Shown one piece after another: positions 24,304-36,242 of a DNA stretch of 64,000 bases. The DNA comes from Protoeuglena noctilucae (taxonomy: Eukaryota): NCBI GenBank assembly GCA_958009085.1, contig OY253668.1:1240001-1304000 (forward strand). Direction: 5' to 3'. The position numbers and the translations under genes were made by a program. Under the pieces are notes generated by a model. The model ran no database searches. It was not told the DNA's origin and saw only the letters and a list, made by a program, of their open reading frames with translations. Within the stretch, counting starts at the first letter, position 1, and each line of letters starts with the position of its first letter.

Positions 24304-27300
24304 TCAACATTCCTCGTCCGCCGTAGCAAACCCTACCATGAGGTTGCACAGCCCCACGTCCTCGTCATCAGGCCCATCACCTCCATCCTCTGGGGAGGCA
24401 TGGGCAGAGGGGAGCCCATGGGGAATCCCGCTCCCACTCGCCGCACCGAAGGGCGCCAGAGACCTCTCGCCGTCATGGGAGCCGTGCTTCTCCCCGTCGC
24501 AGCCGTCGGACAATCCGTCATGGCACCCGATCCGCTTCTCCAGGAAGATCTGCGATGCGTGGAACGTGACATGCGTCGATTCTGACCGGCGATGATGACG
24601 AGTCGACAGCCATGCCGCGCAAAGCCCGTCCCTGCTCTGCCATGATCCTGGCAAGGCAAGCGGTGAGTCCTGCATGCGTCACTCGCCAGGAACCCACAAG
24701 CCCCCGCGCCCCTCGCCTGCTGCAACGCCGAGTCAGAGGCCTCGACGACCGTAAGGAGGATGACCACGCCTTGGACGCCGAGCTCGCGGCACACCCGGGG
24801 GCACACGCGCGCCATCGTGGCGGCGATGCTCTCGGTCTGGCACAGGACGTGCAGGATGCTCTTGGTGTAGGACTGCCGCGCGTCGGTCACATGCGCCAGA
24901 CTCCCCCAGAACCAGTGATGCGAGCTGCACCCCACGCGCGCCACGACCAGACCGTGCTGCAGGGGCGGGGGGGGTCAAGCCGTCATCGCGCGCCCGGGCC
25001 CAGCGCGTCGCGAGCAGATTCACATCGCAAACGCCCTCACCAGCTTCTTGGCCAGCAGGCGGTGGGCCTGGACCTCGGTGAAATGCTGCGCGGACGGGAA
25101 CCCCATGGCCCGCGTGACCGAGACCCCCACCCGCGTGTTGCCCCACACCGTGCACGTGAAGTCGACGCGCTTCCACGACGAGCTCCAGTACTCGACCTCC
25201 ATCTCCGTGACCACGTCGCGGGCGCGGAACTTGGTGGCCAGGTACTCCATGGACTGCGGATGGGGCCGGGCAGAGGATCACGGGTACCTTTTGGAGCCTG
25301 GCTGCGTCACTGGGGCAGGGGGCAGTGCAGCAGGCCTGGTCTGAGCGAGCGCTCACCAGGACCTCGGAGCGTACGCTGTTCCCGCCCGCGTTTGGCTCCT
25401 GCAGCACGCGCCGGGCGTCCTGGCCCAGCTGTATCTCCTCGAACGACGGCGCCGTGATGGTGAGGCGGTCCATAAACACCATGGGGCGGCGGGCATCGTC
25501 CCGCGTCAGCGCCACCCGCGCTGCGTTGTCGTCGCCCGCAAAGGCACGGATCCGCAGGTCATCCCTGTGTAGACAGGGTAAGGAGGGGCACGGCGTCACG
25601 TCATGTGTCACGTGCCGCGCTAGCTGACCTGCGGGGTCGCCGTGGCAGGCTCTGCCAAACAACAACGCTCTTGCTCCACGAGCACCCAGCCCAGTCCAGA
25701 CGACTCGCCTGGAGAGTAATCTCCTGGGGCCTTTCCGCGCCGGCACCGTCACGCCCAGCTCCGGGACAGGGTGCGCCGCCATGGGACGGAGCTGTCCTTC
25801 TGGAGGGTCCCCGTCTGTGGCGCCCCCGGCCGCCCGCACCCCCACCCTGACCCTCACCGCCACCTGCACGCCGTCCTTTCTACGCTTCGACATGCTCGTC
25901 GATGATTCTGCTAGTGATGTCTCTTCTAACCGCGTCTCTGAAGCCACATGTCTACTCCTCCCTGCGTGCACGACGCGTGCCTTTGCCTCCCTACCCACAC
26001 AACCTCGCTCGAGGCAGCCACAAGACAAGAACCGCTGGAGCGTTGCGCCTTACCAGGGACACTGCCGGGGACCCTCTGGCCCACGCCGTCCCCCGCCTCC
26101 TCCTCAGCCCACGCCTCGTCATTGCATGCAACCCCAAACCCATCCCCATCTCTTGCTCCCGCGCTTTCCCGACCCTCGTTCTGCCCCTCCCGCACAAACG
26201 TGACCACCGTGACCCCCCCGCCCGCCCCGCGAGCCATCGTCACCGCGCCTACCGCCGCAGCTGTGCCCCTCCGGCGCTCACGCTCCCACGACCGCGCCCC
26301 AGGGGTCCCAGCGCTGCGGCGGGCGGGGCTCCAGCGCGTGCCCCCATCCGCACCGTCCGCCTCCACGCCGCTCATGCGCCACGCTTCGTCAGAAACCTCG
26401 CAAGCCGAGGGCCTGCCAGGCGGCGACTCGAAGCCCTCCCACAAATCACCCCGCTCGACTGCTTCACGTGCATGTCTCTGCGATGACGCCTGGGAGTCCC
26501 CGACGACGTCCTCGCCGCCCTGCAGGGGCACCCAAGAAGCATCGTCTTACACCGATGCTGCCTGAGCAAATGACGATTCCGCAGAGGAAAGGGTACGCGC
26601 AGCGCCGACGCGAGTCCCCGGCTCACCCACAAGGCCACGTGGCTCGATGATGGCTGCCAGTCACGCGGGCCCGGCGGGGACGCGCACGGCTGCGTGCCGA
26701 GGGAGGAGCTCGGACCCGCAGAGCCCACGACGATGGTGCTGGCGCCGAGGCTCACGTCGAGAGGGGCGCTGGGCTTGTCCTTGCCCGGGATCGCGACCGC
26801 GGTGGAGCGGCTGCCACCGCCCTGATGGCGGGGGTCTTCCGCGTCCCTCGCAGGGGGCGAGGACAGGGGCGGGTGGAAGCTGTTGCACACGCGCACGCGC
26901 GTCGTGCCCAGCGGGGCCGAGCTGAGCGGATCGAAGTGTAAGTGCGCCCGCGACCCCCGAGGCCGGTGCATCCGGTGCAGCGGAGCAGGCCAGCCCTGGG
27001 CGCCCATGTCGCGCAGGGTCGCGGCGGCTGCGAGGCATGTGATCCAGACGGCGCGGTGGACCGAGGAAACGCTTGCGGGCGTGCCTGGCCCCACCGCCAC
27101 CGCGATGGCGCGCGCACAACACGCGGGGAGGATGCACGGCAGCAGGCGCCCGAAGGCATCCTCCTGTGGGGACGTCGCGACGCGCCAGCGCCACATGCAC
27201 TCGCGGCCGTCTTCGTCAGGCGGCGACTGGCCCGTTGGGACTGCCACGCGACTCTGTGAGGGCGAGGCACGCAAGGGGGGGTCAGACGCGCAAAGTAGGT

Positions 27301-27599
27301 GCGGGATCCACACACGACACCCGACCTTCCACGGATGCCACGGCGTCACCTGTCGTAACGGAGAGCCGGCCCGGGGCTCGGCGCTGGGGAGCGCCTGCAC
27401 CCGTGTCGGCACCTTAACCGCCTTCCGCTCCGCAGGCCCCGGCCCCGTCGCGAGCGTGCCCGGGCGAGCCGCAGCGGCCTCCATTCAGCGTGCCTGCGCG
27501 TATCGGGGGGGTCGACGGCGCGTCTCGGGCTTTGAACTGCGACGCCCCAAGCTTGAGAGAGGAATCCCCGTCGATAAGGATATCCACGACCTGTTGCAT
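24304..27599 (-). CDS. AAC4-like protein (restriction-endonuclease-like domain) with long low-complexity N-terminal extension; 5' end uncertain
   Basis: C-terminal domain PNAGGNSVRSEVLSMEYL..TEMEVEYW..KRVDF..VGVSVTRAM..AHRLLAKKL..KSILHVLCQ matches my recollection of the Dictyostelium AAC4 family. GT-AG intron 25962-26053 joins the upstream ORF in frame. Confidence 0.7.
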
Positions 27600-28349
27600 G
27601 ACGAGAGAGCGCAAAGAGGTCCCGAACGACCCAGGGGAGGCAAGGCGAGTCCGCGCGTGCCTCGCCGCGGTGTCGAGCGCGAGCCCTAGCCGGGTGACAC
27701 AGCGCATCGAGGATCCCGCCTCGCGAAGCTCAGCTGTCGAAAGCGCACCTTCAGGCAGGTCGTTGTGATGCAGACGTCCGTTCAGTGAAAGGGTTCGAGG
27801 CTTGGGGGAAAAGGAGGCGCGGCGAGGGGCTTAAAGAGCGACGCATGAAATGCGAGTGTCGCGTGTTCCCCCCTGGGCCTCACGGCAGCGTCCCTGGTCA
27901 GAGCAGCATCAGCAGCGGAAAGGGGTGGTACAGGACTCCTGCGGGCGGCTGAATTCGCGGTGAGAGCACAGGACGGGAGGCCGCGGGGTCCTCCAGAGGG
28001 TCCCAACGACTCCGCGGGCGAAAGTGAATATGCTTGAATGCGTTGACGATGCCCGGAGTCGCAGTCGCTGTGCAAATGTTGAGCGTGCTCCACCTCGGCT
28101 CGGGCCTCACCATGATAGTCAACAGTTTCTCAAATACGCCTCCGCGTGAGTTGCCCCTCGTAACTTCGACACCAATCCCGGGTCTGGCCTTTATCGTGAG
28201 CCTCCTCCCCCTCTGGCATCTGGAATACCCTACGTGCTGCAGCCTGAATAGCCTCCTCCTTGCAAGCGACGGTGAGGATCGCTGCGACATTGTGCTGGGA
28301 GGGGGGCCGCGCTGCCGCCCCAGCCGGGGCGCCTGCACACTCGATCGTC

Positions 28350-28933
28350 ATGCTCACGTCGTCCCTGCGCTCGCGCCTCCGCAACGTGGTCGTCTCCTTC
28401 CCGCCCACGCCATCTGCCATCGCGCAGTGGTCGCGCTTCTTGGAGAGATGGGCGTCCGGAGGGTCCCATCAAACGGTGGGTGCAGGTTTGGCCCAGAGTG
28501 CTGCAGCCACCCGCTTTATCCTGAAGCTGTTTGTCGCACGAGATGTCCTCGCGATGGAGATAACTGTCATCGCATGGCATCTCACCTGCGTCACCTCGCT
28601 GCCGCGCTCCCTGGAGCGTCGCAGGCGGCCCAGAAGCGCTTGGAGGAGCTGCGCGCGCTGGCGGAGCTCGCGCGTCGGCAGGCCGCCGCGCGCAAGGCGA
28701 ACGAGAAAGAGGGTAGGAGATTACAGGAGCAGGGGACCTCTCGGGCGCCGCCCATTCCTCCCGAGGAACCTGCCAAGGACGCGACGGGGGCGCAGCCAGC
28801 ACATGGGGTGCCATCCAGCCCGCCAGCCGCTGTCCCGTCCCAATCACGGCATACCATCGAGCGTGCAGGTACTTATCCGCTACTGTCGTCGCGTAAGGGA
28901 TCAGCAGGCCCAACGAGATGGTTGAGAGTCTGA
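28350..28933 (+). CDS. Small hypothetical protein
   Basis: MLTSSLRSRLRNVVVSFPP... plus a coiled-coil-like exon AAQKRLEELRALAELARRQAAARK after a CGCAG acceptor near 28624. No family recognised with confidence. Confidence 0.35.
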
Positions 28934-29053
28934 GTCTCCCCTCGCTTACGTGTCGCAGGGGGCGATACGCAGGGTGGGATTCGGCAGGGGCCCGAGGGAA
29001 GAGAACAGAGCGGTGGAGATAAGGGATCGCATAATGGGTCGGCGCCGACGCTA

Positions 29054-32000
29054 ATGACGAGTGCCTCAGTGGGGCAGCCGACAGGGTTGATGGCCGAGAG
29101 GGTCCATGGGCGATACCAGCGTCACATCAGGGCGCCCGCGGACAGGGGGCGGGTGGAGCAGGCACATGCAAGGAGCGCAATCACGCTGGGAGAGAGGGGG
29201 ATGGTCGGGCCCAAGGAGAGGGCTGTGTTGAGTCCTGTGGGAGATGCCACAGGCGCTCTGGCGTCGGAGCCGTCGAGGCGGGCGGGGGAGGGCGGGGCTG
29301 CGCATGACCTCACGTCTCGAGGTGAGCGACGCGGCAGGAATTTGGGCACGCAGGCAGCGCTTCCAGTGTATCGGGATGGAGGTGCGTGTGTGGCGCGTTG
29401 TTGCAGGTCGGCGGTGGAGACGCAGGGGGAGCGCAGAGGAGCACGAGAGAGGCCGTGGGCAGTCGGAACAGCTGGTGGGCGCCTGGGTGGGCGGCGGCCG
29501 CGGCGACGCACTCCCTCTGTCCCCCGAGGCCCTAGCAGTGTTTCGGCGGGGAGCGCACGGCCGTGTGGTCGAGTGGCTCAACGAGAGGATCCGCGAATGT
29601 CGGCACGGAAGGGCCCAGAAGAGGGAACTGCAGGCGAGTCTGCGGTGATCCCGGCTCATCACGTGTCGCAGTGCCCCACTCTGTCTTTGTCATGCTCCGC
29701 ACAGAGCCATGCCCCAACGTTGTCTTGCTTGGTTTCCTTTCAACCCTGAGCCACCCCTGCCCGCAGGCATGGGTTCGCTTTGAGGGCGACTTCCTGCGCG
29801 TGTTTGGCGAGAGCGACTGGGACGTGGCCGCGGCGCTCGCCGTCGTTTCGGGCGCCTTGACGGAGTCGCGCCTGCTCCCCCGCGTGGCCGCCATGGCCGC
29901 GCCCACCTACCTCTCCTCCCCCGGCACCGTGCGGCCCCGTGGGGACCTCGAGCTCTTCCTTCGTGATTCCTTCCGAGCGCTCACGAACGTCGTGGGGGGG
30001 CTCCCGGGCCATCCCAACGCTCTCATCCAACGCCGCACCGCCCCAGCCATCCCGGAGGTCACGTTTCTGGACGTCTGGGACACCAGCCACGTGGCCTGCG
30101 ACGCCGCAGCACGTGCCGCCCAGCAGCACTTCCTGTCGGCCTGCCGCGGCTTCGCAGAGCAGCGGCCCGGCGCTTGCCACGTGGAGGAGTTCCCCGGCAT
30201 ACCCCCTCGCGTGGTCGAGTGGCTGCTGGGCCCGCGGGCGGGGCGGCCCCACTCGGCGCGGATGGCGCAGTGGGTGGCAGACCACGTCAACGCCACCCTG
30301 CTCATCCTCCCGTCCCTCCCGCCCCACCAGACCCTCGCGTCGGCGCCAGACGCCCCCGCGAACCTGCCTGTGATTGGCGCGCCTCCCCGGGGCCCGTTGA
30401 CGAAAGCTGCTGGCGCAGACGGGGCGCGGTCGGAGCACGAAACCCCCCACGACCTCGCAGAGCCGCGTCTGGTGTCTCGCATCCCGCATCGCGGGTTTTA
30501 TGCGGAGGACTTGCGGGCGCTGGGGCCCGGGACCCTGCTCCTCGCGGCAGAGAGCATCACGGAGGGCCTGGCCGCCTCCCGCGTGCTTCGCGACGTGCTG
30601 CGAGAGCTGATGAGCCCCGACAAGGTGCTGTACCTGCCCAGGGACAGCGAGGTGGCGCAGGCGCTAGGCAGCTGCGGGCCCGACGTGTGGAGCGCCGTGG
30701 AGGCCGCACTGCAGGTCCGATCCCCGCCAGGTACCCTCGTGCGCCTGTACCGGTCCCGGGGCCCTCGGGTCAACGTGCGGGCGCAGGGCGCGTCAGATGG
30801 GCGGAAGGAGCAGGCAAGGACTGGGGCACCGCTTGCTGCTTGGCTTCACTGTCGGCCAGACACGCTGCGGCACCAGCGTTGCTGTCCAGCAATCGCACTT
30901 ACCGTGTGCCATCCTTCGTGTGCCCGCAGGCCCTCGCGGTGGCGAAGGATGTGCTGGCAAGGGGCCTCCCTGGCTTGCACCTGGCAATTGACGAGGCAGC
31001 GGCCGCCATCGAGGCAGAGAGGCGGGAGCGGCGCCGGGCCCTACGCATGTATGCGGCAGATGACCGGGCCACCCGGCCCGTGCCGAGTCATCCGCCTTCG
31101 CCCGCGCCCTCCCGGCGCACTGTTCGCCGCCCCGTTCGCCGGGCTGCGCGTCCCGGCGCTCCCGCCGCAGCAACGACGCGCGACACGAAGCCCGCCGTTC
31201 TCACCCTCTTCTCCCACCTCTCGCCGCTCCGCCTGCCCGCGGCTGCGGTCGCATGGGGCCTCACCCCCTGGGTCGCGGCGGCCCTGAAAGAAGGGCCTGC
31301 CGTCGAGTTCCTCCCGACTGGCAAGACGCGCGCCCGCGTCACCCACAACGGGCCCCTCACCTCGTTCCACCTGCGGGTGCCCACCCGCCAGGTCGCGGCC
31401 ATTCGGCGGAGGTGCGAGGGTGCTCTGATGGCGCTGGCGTTCCGACGCGTGGTGGCGCGACTGCTGCGGGCCCCCGCTCCCGGCGCCGTGCTCGCCGCCG
31501 CCCCGGCCGTGGACTCTTCGGGATGGGAGGAGGCGGAAGACGGAGGCGACGCGGCAGCGGACGCGGAGGAGGGCCCCCCGCGCGACGAGGACCATGACGG
31601 CGACGTGCGACGACTCCTGCGGCCGCTGCGTTTCACCTGGGTGTGGGCGCCGGCGGACGAGCGGGCCACTGCGCCTTGGGGCTTGGAGCCTCTGACGTGG
31701 GGCGAGGTGTTCCCGTCAGCGGTGCGAGGGGAAAGGGGCGAGGGGAGCGGCAGGCCTGGGGTGGGCAGGGGCGCAGGCACGGCGAGCCCCGTGGGGCGCG
31801 CGGCGGGCATCGACTGGGGTCGCGTGGGGTGGCCAGCGGGTCGGGAGGACAAGGGGGAGTGGGTGTACCCGGATTTGTCGACGGGAATGACGGTGGCCTT
31901 CCCGGCGGTGGAGCACGTGGGGGCCGAGGAGGTGTGGTGTGGGTCGCGTCCTCGCCTTGTGGGCCAAAAGAGCATGGTGGGGTTCGTGGAGCCGGGCAGC

Positions 32001-32171
32001 CTGCCTCGGGGCGCAGAGGAGGTCATGCGGGCAGTGGCGAGGGGCGTGCCGCTGGGGGCCGTGGCGACCGTGGAGCGGGTAGGGGAGGGGGAGGACGCGT
32101 ACGGTGTGGCGGTGCGGGCGGTGGCCGACGACAAAAGGGACGAGGTGAGGGAGCTGGGGTTCTTGCGTTGA
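29054..32171 (+). CDS. Large hypothetical protein (about 900 aa), no recognised domain
   Basis: Long coding-like exons joined in frame by introns near 29322-29406, 29634-29766 (GC-AG) and 30715-30929. Confidence 0.65.
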
Positions 32172-32352
32172 GGAGCTGGGCACGGTGGCAACAGCGCATA
32201 GGACAAGGCAGCTTGCAAGTTGCTGCGCCTCTCAGGGCTTTGTGGCCATGAGCTCTCATCCGTGCATCGTCCCCTTTTGCACAGGCGGCAGAGGCGGTGC
32301 GGGAGGCACTGAGGAAGGGGCTTGGGCCGCCCGTCGCGTCCGATTACGCCGT

Positions 32353-35300
32353 TCAACACGAGTCATTGTGAGCTACGTGCCACGCTCGCATGCGACACGG
32401 CAAGCGTGGACTGCAAAGCATGGCTCGTTCACGACGAAGGGGCGGTGCTGGGGGAACCAGCGGGGGTAGGGGTGGGGGTCGCCGCAGCGGTGGTGCACGC
32501 GGTCCGCGGCGCGGGGGCGCACGTGCACTGCGTCGTGTCGAAGCCATCCGCCGTGCAGCACGACCCGAAGTCGACGTGGCCGCCGCTCGAGTCGATGGCG
32601 TTGAAATTCCAGATGTCGGCCTGCAGGCGGATGAGCAGTGGCAGTGCGGCAGGGATGGTGCGCGCCGCTCCCCGTGGGCGCTGTGGCAGGCCACCAGTCA
32701 CGAGACGCCAACACACTGTCGCAAAGAAAGGGTCACCTGCCCAGCGAACTTCCCCGTCGGGTCGAGCGTCTGCACGGCGCATCCGAAGTTGCACCAGTTG
32801 TCGCCGAACTGCGCCTGGCCGTCGAAGCACACGTTGAAGCCCTGGCTCACCAGCCAGCCGGCCTTGCCCCAGTGCATACGCCCGGCGCACGTGGAGGACT
32901 GCGGAAAGGCGGGCAGACACGACAGGCTTCGTGTGTTGAGTGTGGTTCATCCGGGCGAGTTGCAGGGCGGTGATGGTGTGGTGGGGGTGCCTGAGTGCGC
33001 GTGGGGGCGGCTGGCGGCTCCCACCATCAGCAGGGACACGACGGCAAAGAAGGGGGTGTTGGGCGCAGCTCCGTTGTGGGTCACGTAGTCCTCCAGGTTG
33101 ATGAACATGCGCGGGCCGTCATGCGTGAGTGCCAGGTAGGCGTCCTCATTCGACACGAAACGGATCAGAGGCGGGGTGCGGAAGCCCTGCCAGAGGGCCT
33201 TGGGACCGTAGATCTCCTTTTGCAGCTGCGAGGAGGAGAGCGGTGGGGTCAGCGTTCGCAGAGCCGTAGCTGTCACGGGCCAGGAGGGGCCGCGTGCTCG
33301 GCTGATGGAGCGCGGCCTGGGATGTCAGAGAAAGCCGCCAGAGGGAGGAAGAGTCACCAGAGCCAAGCAGTCGCCGGCATGTTGCAGGGGCACCGAAACC
33401 TCGTACTGATCGTACACCGCAGTCGAGTCCGTCGTGCGCGTGCCCGTCTCAGTCATGCTGACGTACGCTGCGGGGGCGGGTGGGGCGACAAGAGGTGAGG
33501 CGGAGTGGAGACAAGCAGTCTCGAGTGCACTGCTTGGACCCCATCCATCTCACCCTGGTCGCGTGCGAAGGTGCCGGACTCCACGGTGGGCCTGCAGAAG
33601 AGGCGACATGGCATCGCTGTTTCATGGACGACACCATCCCACGTGCACTGCTGAGGCCATGAACGCCGAGCCAGCACCCAGCAACGCATGCGCCAGGCCT
33701 GGGCGCGCTCACTTGATGGACGCAGAGGTGATGGCGGAGATGAGCTGGGCGTTGAAGAGGAGCGTCGGGTTCACTGGAACGCGCTTCTGGCTGAGGTCCT
33801 GGGGATAGACGTCCGGCACAGCCCTGCGTGCGAGGCACATACAGCGCGATGCGAGTGTCCAGAGACAGGCCCAGTGACAGGTGCTTCCATTGACTTATTG
33901 GCCCTCGACTTGTTGGCACCCGCAGTCATGCGTGCGCCACTCACGAGTCGGACTTCTCTTCCACCACTGGGCTCGCAGAGGGCGTGGGGGTGCTAGCGCC
34001 TGCAGCCGGGCCGAACAGCTTGGCAGCGAGCTGGTAGTCCGATTGGTTCAGGTCTGCGAGCACAGGGGCGAGACGACGGTGGGAGCCGTACCATGGTCGT
34101 CCAAGCAAGCAGCTGGACTGACAGTGGCGGCAGCCGGGCGCAGGGAAGGGCGGCGGGAGTGAGCAGGCCTTGCCGGGGATGCTGTTGAGCAGAGCGTTGG
34201 GAGGCTCCTTGTCCAGTCGCGTGTAGTCGGTGCGCCAGAGCTGGTTCTGGGGCACCAGCCACAGAGCCTGGGTCTCATTGATGACCTCGAGGGTCTTGCT
34301 CACAAGCTCGGCGTCCTCCGTGGTCATCGCGGCCCGGTAGGTTGCCTGCACTTGCTGGATCTGCGGCAAAGGGGGCGCACGTCGGGTGTCCATCGCACGT
34401 CTCTCGACAGCGGTGCCTCTCTGATCTACAAGGCATCCAGCATGGCCGGTCACCTGGCTGACGAAGTCGGTGAAGCTCATCTCGGTGAGGGTGCGCTTGA
34501 CGGCCTGCTGCTTGGTGATCATGAGGCGCACCCGCGTGATGACGCCCAGGCGGCCCACGGAGATCTTGAGAGCCCGGAAGAGGTGCGGGTCAGTCTCGGC
34601 CGTGTACCACCTGGCCTCGCCGTCCGCGGTGACGACCTCCAGGCCCACGGCCTGGTTCGACACCGATCCCCACCTGGGTGGCAGGAGGCTCGGGGCGGTA
34701 AAGGTGTGCGGGCGCAGCTCAAAGCAAGGGAGGCGTGCCCAGAGGCAATCCTACGGCATAGGACACGCATGCTCACTTGAGGGTCGACCCGTGGGTGCCG
34801 GTGGCGACCGCGCCGCCGATCGTCTGGTCGATGAACCAGCTGAAGGCGTTGAGGGTGTAGCCGTCGGTGGAGTTGCTCGACTTGAAGGATGCCAGGTACT
34901 GGAGGAGCTGCCTCTGCGGGGTAGGCGGCACCGGTAGACAGGGGTGACCACACGAGCAGGGCTGGCACGCTGGTTCTGTGCCACGCGGGCGCCGGCGCTC
35001 GCCTGGGTGAGCCCCGCCTCGACTTCCACGGTGAGGGCCGCCTCGTCCACCTCGACGGCGGGGCGGTCGCCGCCGCCGGGTCCCGTGCCATAGAAGGGCT
35101 CCAGGTTGGTGAACTCGGTCGTGACGATGCCGACGGCGTTAGGGCCGTCGCCGGCGCAGAATGGGTCGGGCCACCACGAGTGACCGACTCCCACCCCCTG
35201 GGCACGTGGGAAGGCTCGAACCATGGCCTGCACCTCCGTGACGTTCTTCGGCCTGCCCACGAGGACCGCGGGGTCGCACGGGTACATCGCCTGGAAGTTG

Positions 35301-35419
35301 GAGAGCTGGTACGGCAGGCCGCAAGCGTCCGACGCCGCGTTCGGGTCCATGCGGCAGTGGAACGCCGCAGCCAGGGTGGCGACCACCGCAGTCGCGACGA
35401 CCGCGGCGAGCGTCTTCAT
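32353..35419 (-). CDS. FAD-linked sugar-lactone oxidase (GULO/ALO-like) with signal-peptide-like N-terminus
   Basis: FAD_binding_4 motifs PKNVTEVQ..GVGHSW, VEVEAGLTQ, DQTIGGAVATGTHGS and SVGRLGVITRV; C-terminal ALO-type HWGKAG; about nine introns. Confidence 0.88.
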
Positions 35420-36242
35420 CTGCGGGCGGGATGCCGGAACTGCTGCGTTCGGAGCTGTTGGGCCCAGCAGGTGGACCCACGCTGGGACGCGCACATCAGC
35501 GCGGTCCCGGACCCATCAGGCCTGCGTTGAGACAAGTCATGGATACGAGCGCTCGCTAGCGTGCGCCAGAAGCGTGAACGCTTGGTCGCTCGGGCCGAGA
35601 GGGGCCGGGAAAGGGGTGGTTCGGAAGAAGCAGCACTCGGCTCACCGCGGGCGGCCTCATCGTCGACGTTCACGCTCACGCGACGAAATCGTTTTGAAGA
35701 ATGGTTGCTTCCAGAGATCGCGCTCGGGGCGACGCGGCAGAGATGACGCGGCCCGGTCGAGTGTGCGGACCCCGAACGGAAAATCGGGAGGGTAAGCGGC
35801 GAGACCCAATACCTATGCACGCATATAAGTTGTGGAATGTGAGAAAGGAACGCCTACAAATGCCTTTAACGACGCAGGGACGGTCCTCTTGCAGGTGACG
35901 CAAGTCGCCAGTGCGGTGCTGCACAAAGCGCTGCAAGTGCCAGGAAGGGCGGTGGGCATCTTGCAGGCCAGGACGTGCATACGCGAGCCTCTGGTCTCAA
36001 ATCCGCGAGCTTCCGCGGAGGGCCAACAGCACGTAGCCCAACACGGGCCCTTCCCGGCGTCCGCGCCGAGTCGTTACGGGTCCGACAGGGCCGGCCCCAG
36101 GACGCATGAGTGGTCATGTAGCTGTGGGGCTGGACGGCGCAGGCGCCGAGGCCGCGGATGGCGCGTGGGCGCTCGCTGGCTGGGATGCGTGCCTGGGCAG
36201 CCGCGACGGCGCGCGGGGGCCGTGTCCGCAGGCTTTGGTGCC

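Noticed and set aside
25893..25928. Two genes apparently 32 nt apart (bicistron candidate)
   Set aside because: GT-AG intron 25962-26053 bypasses the stop and fuses them in frame, so one gene is simpler.
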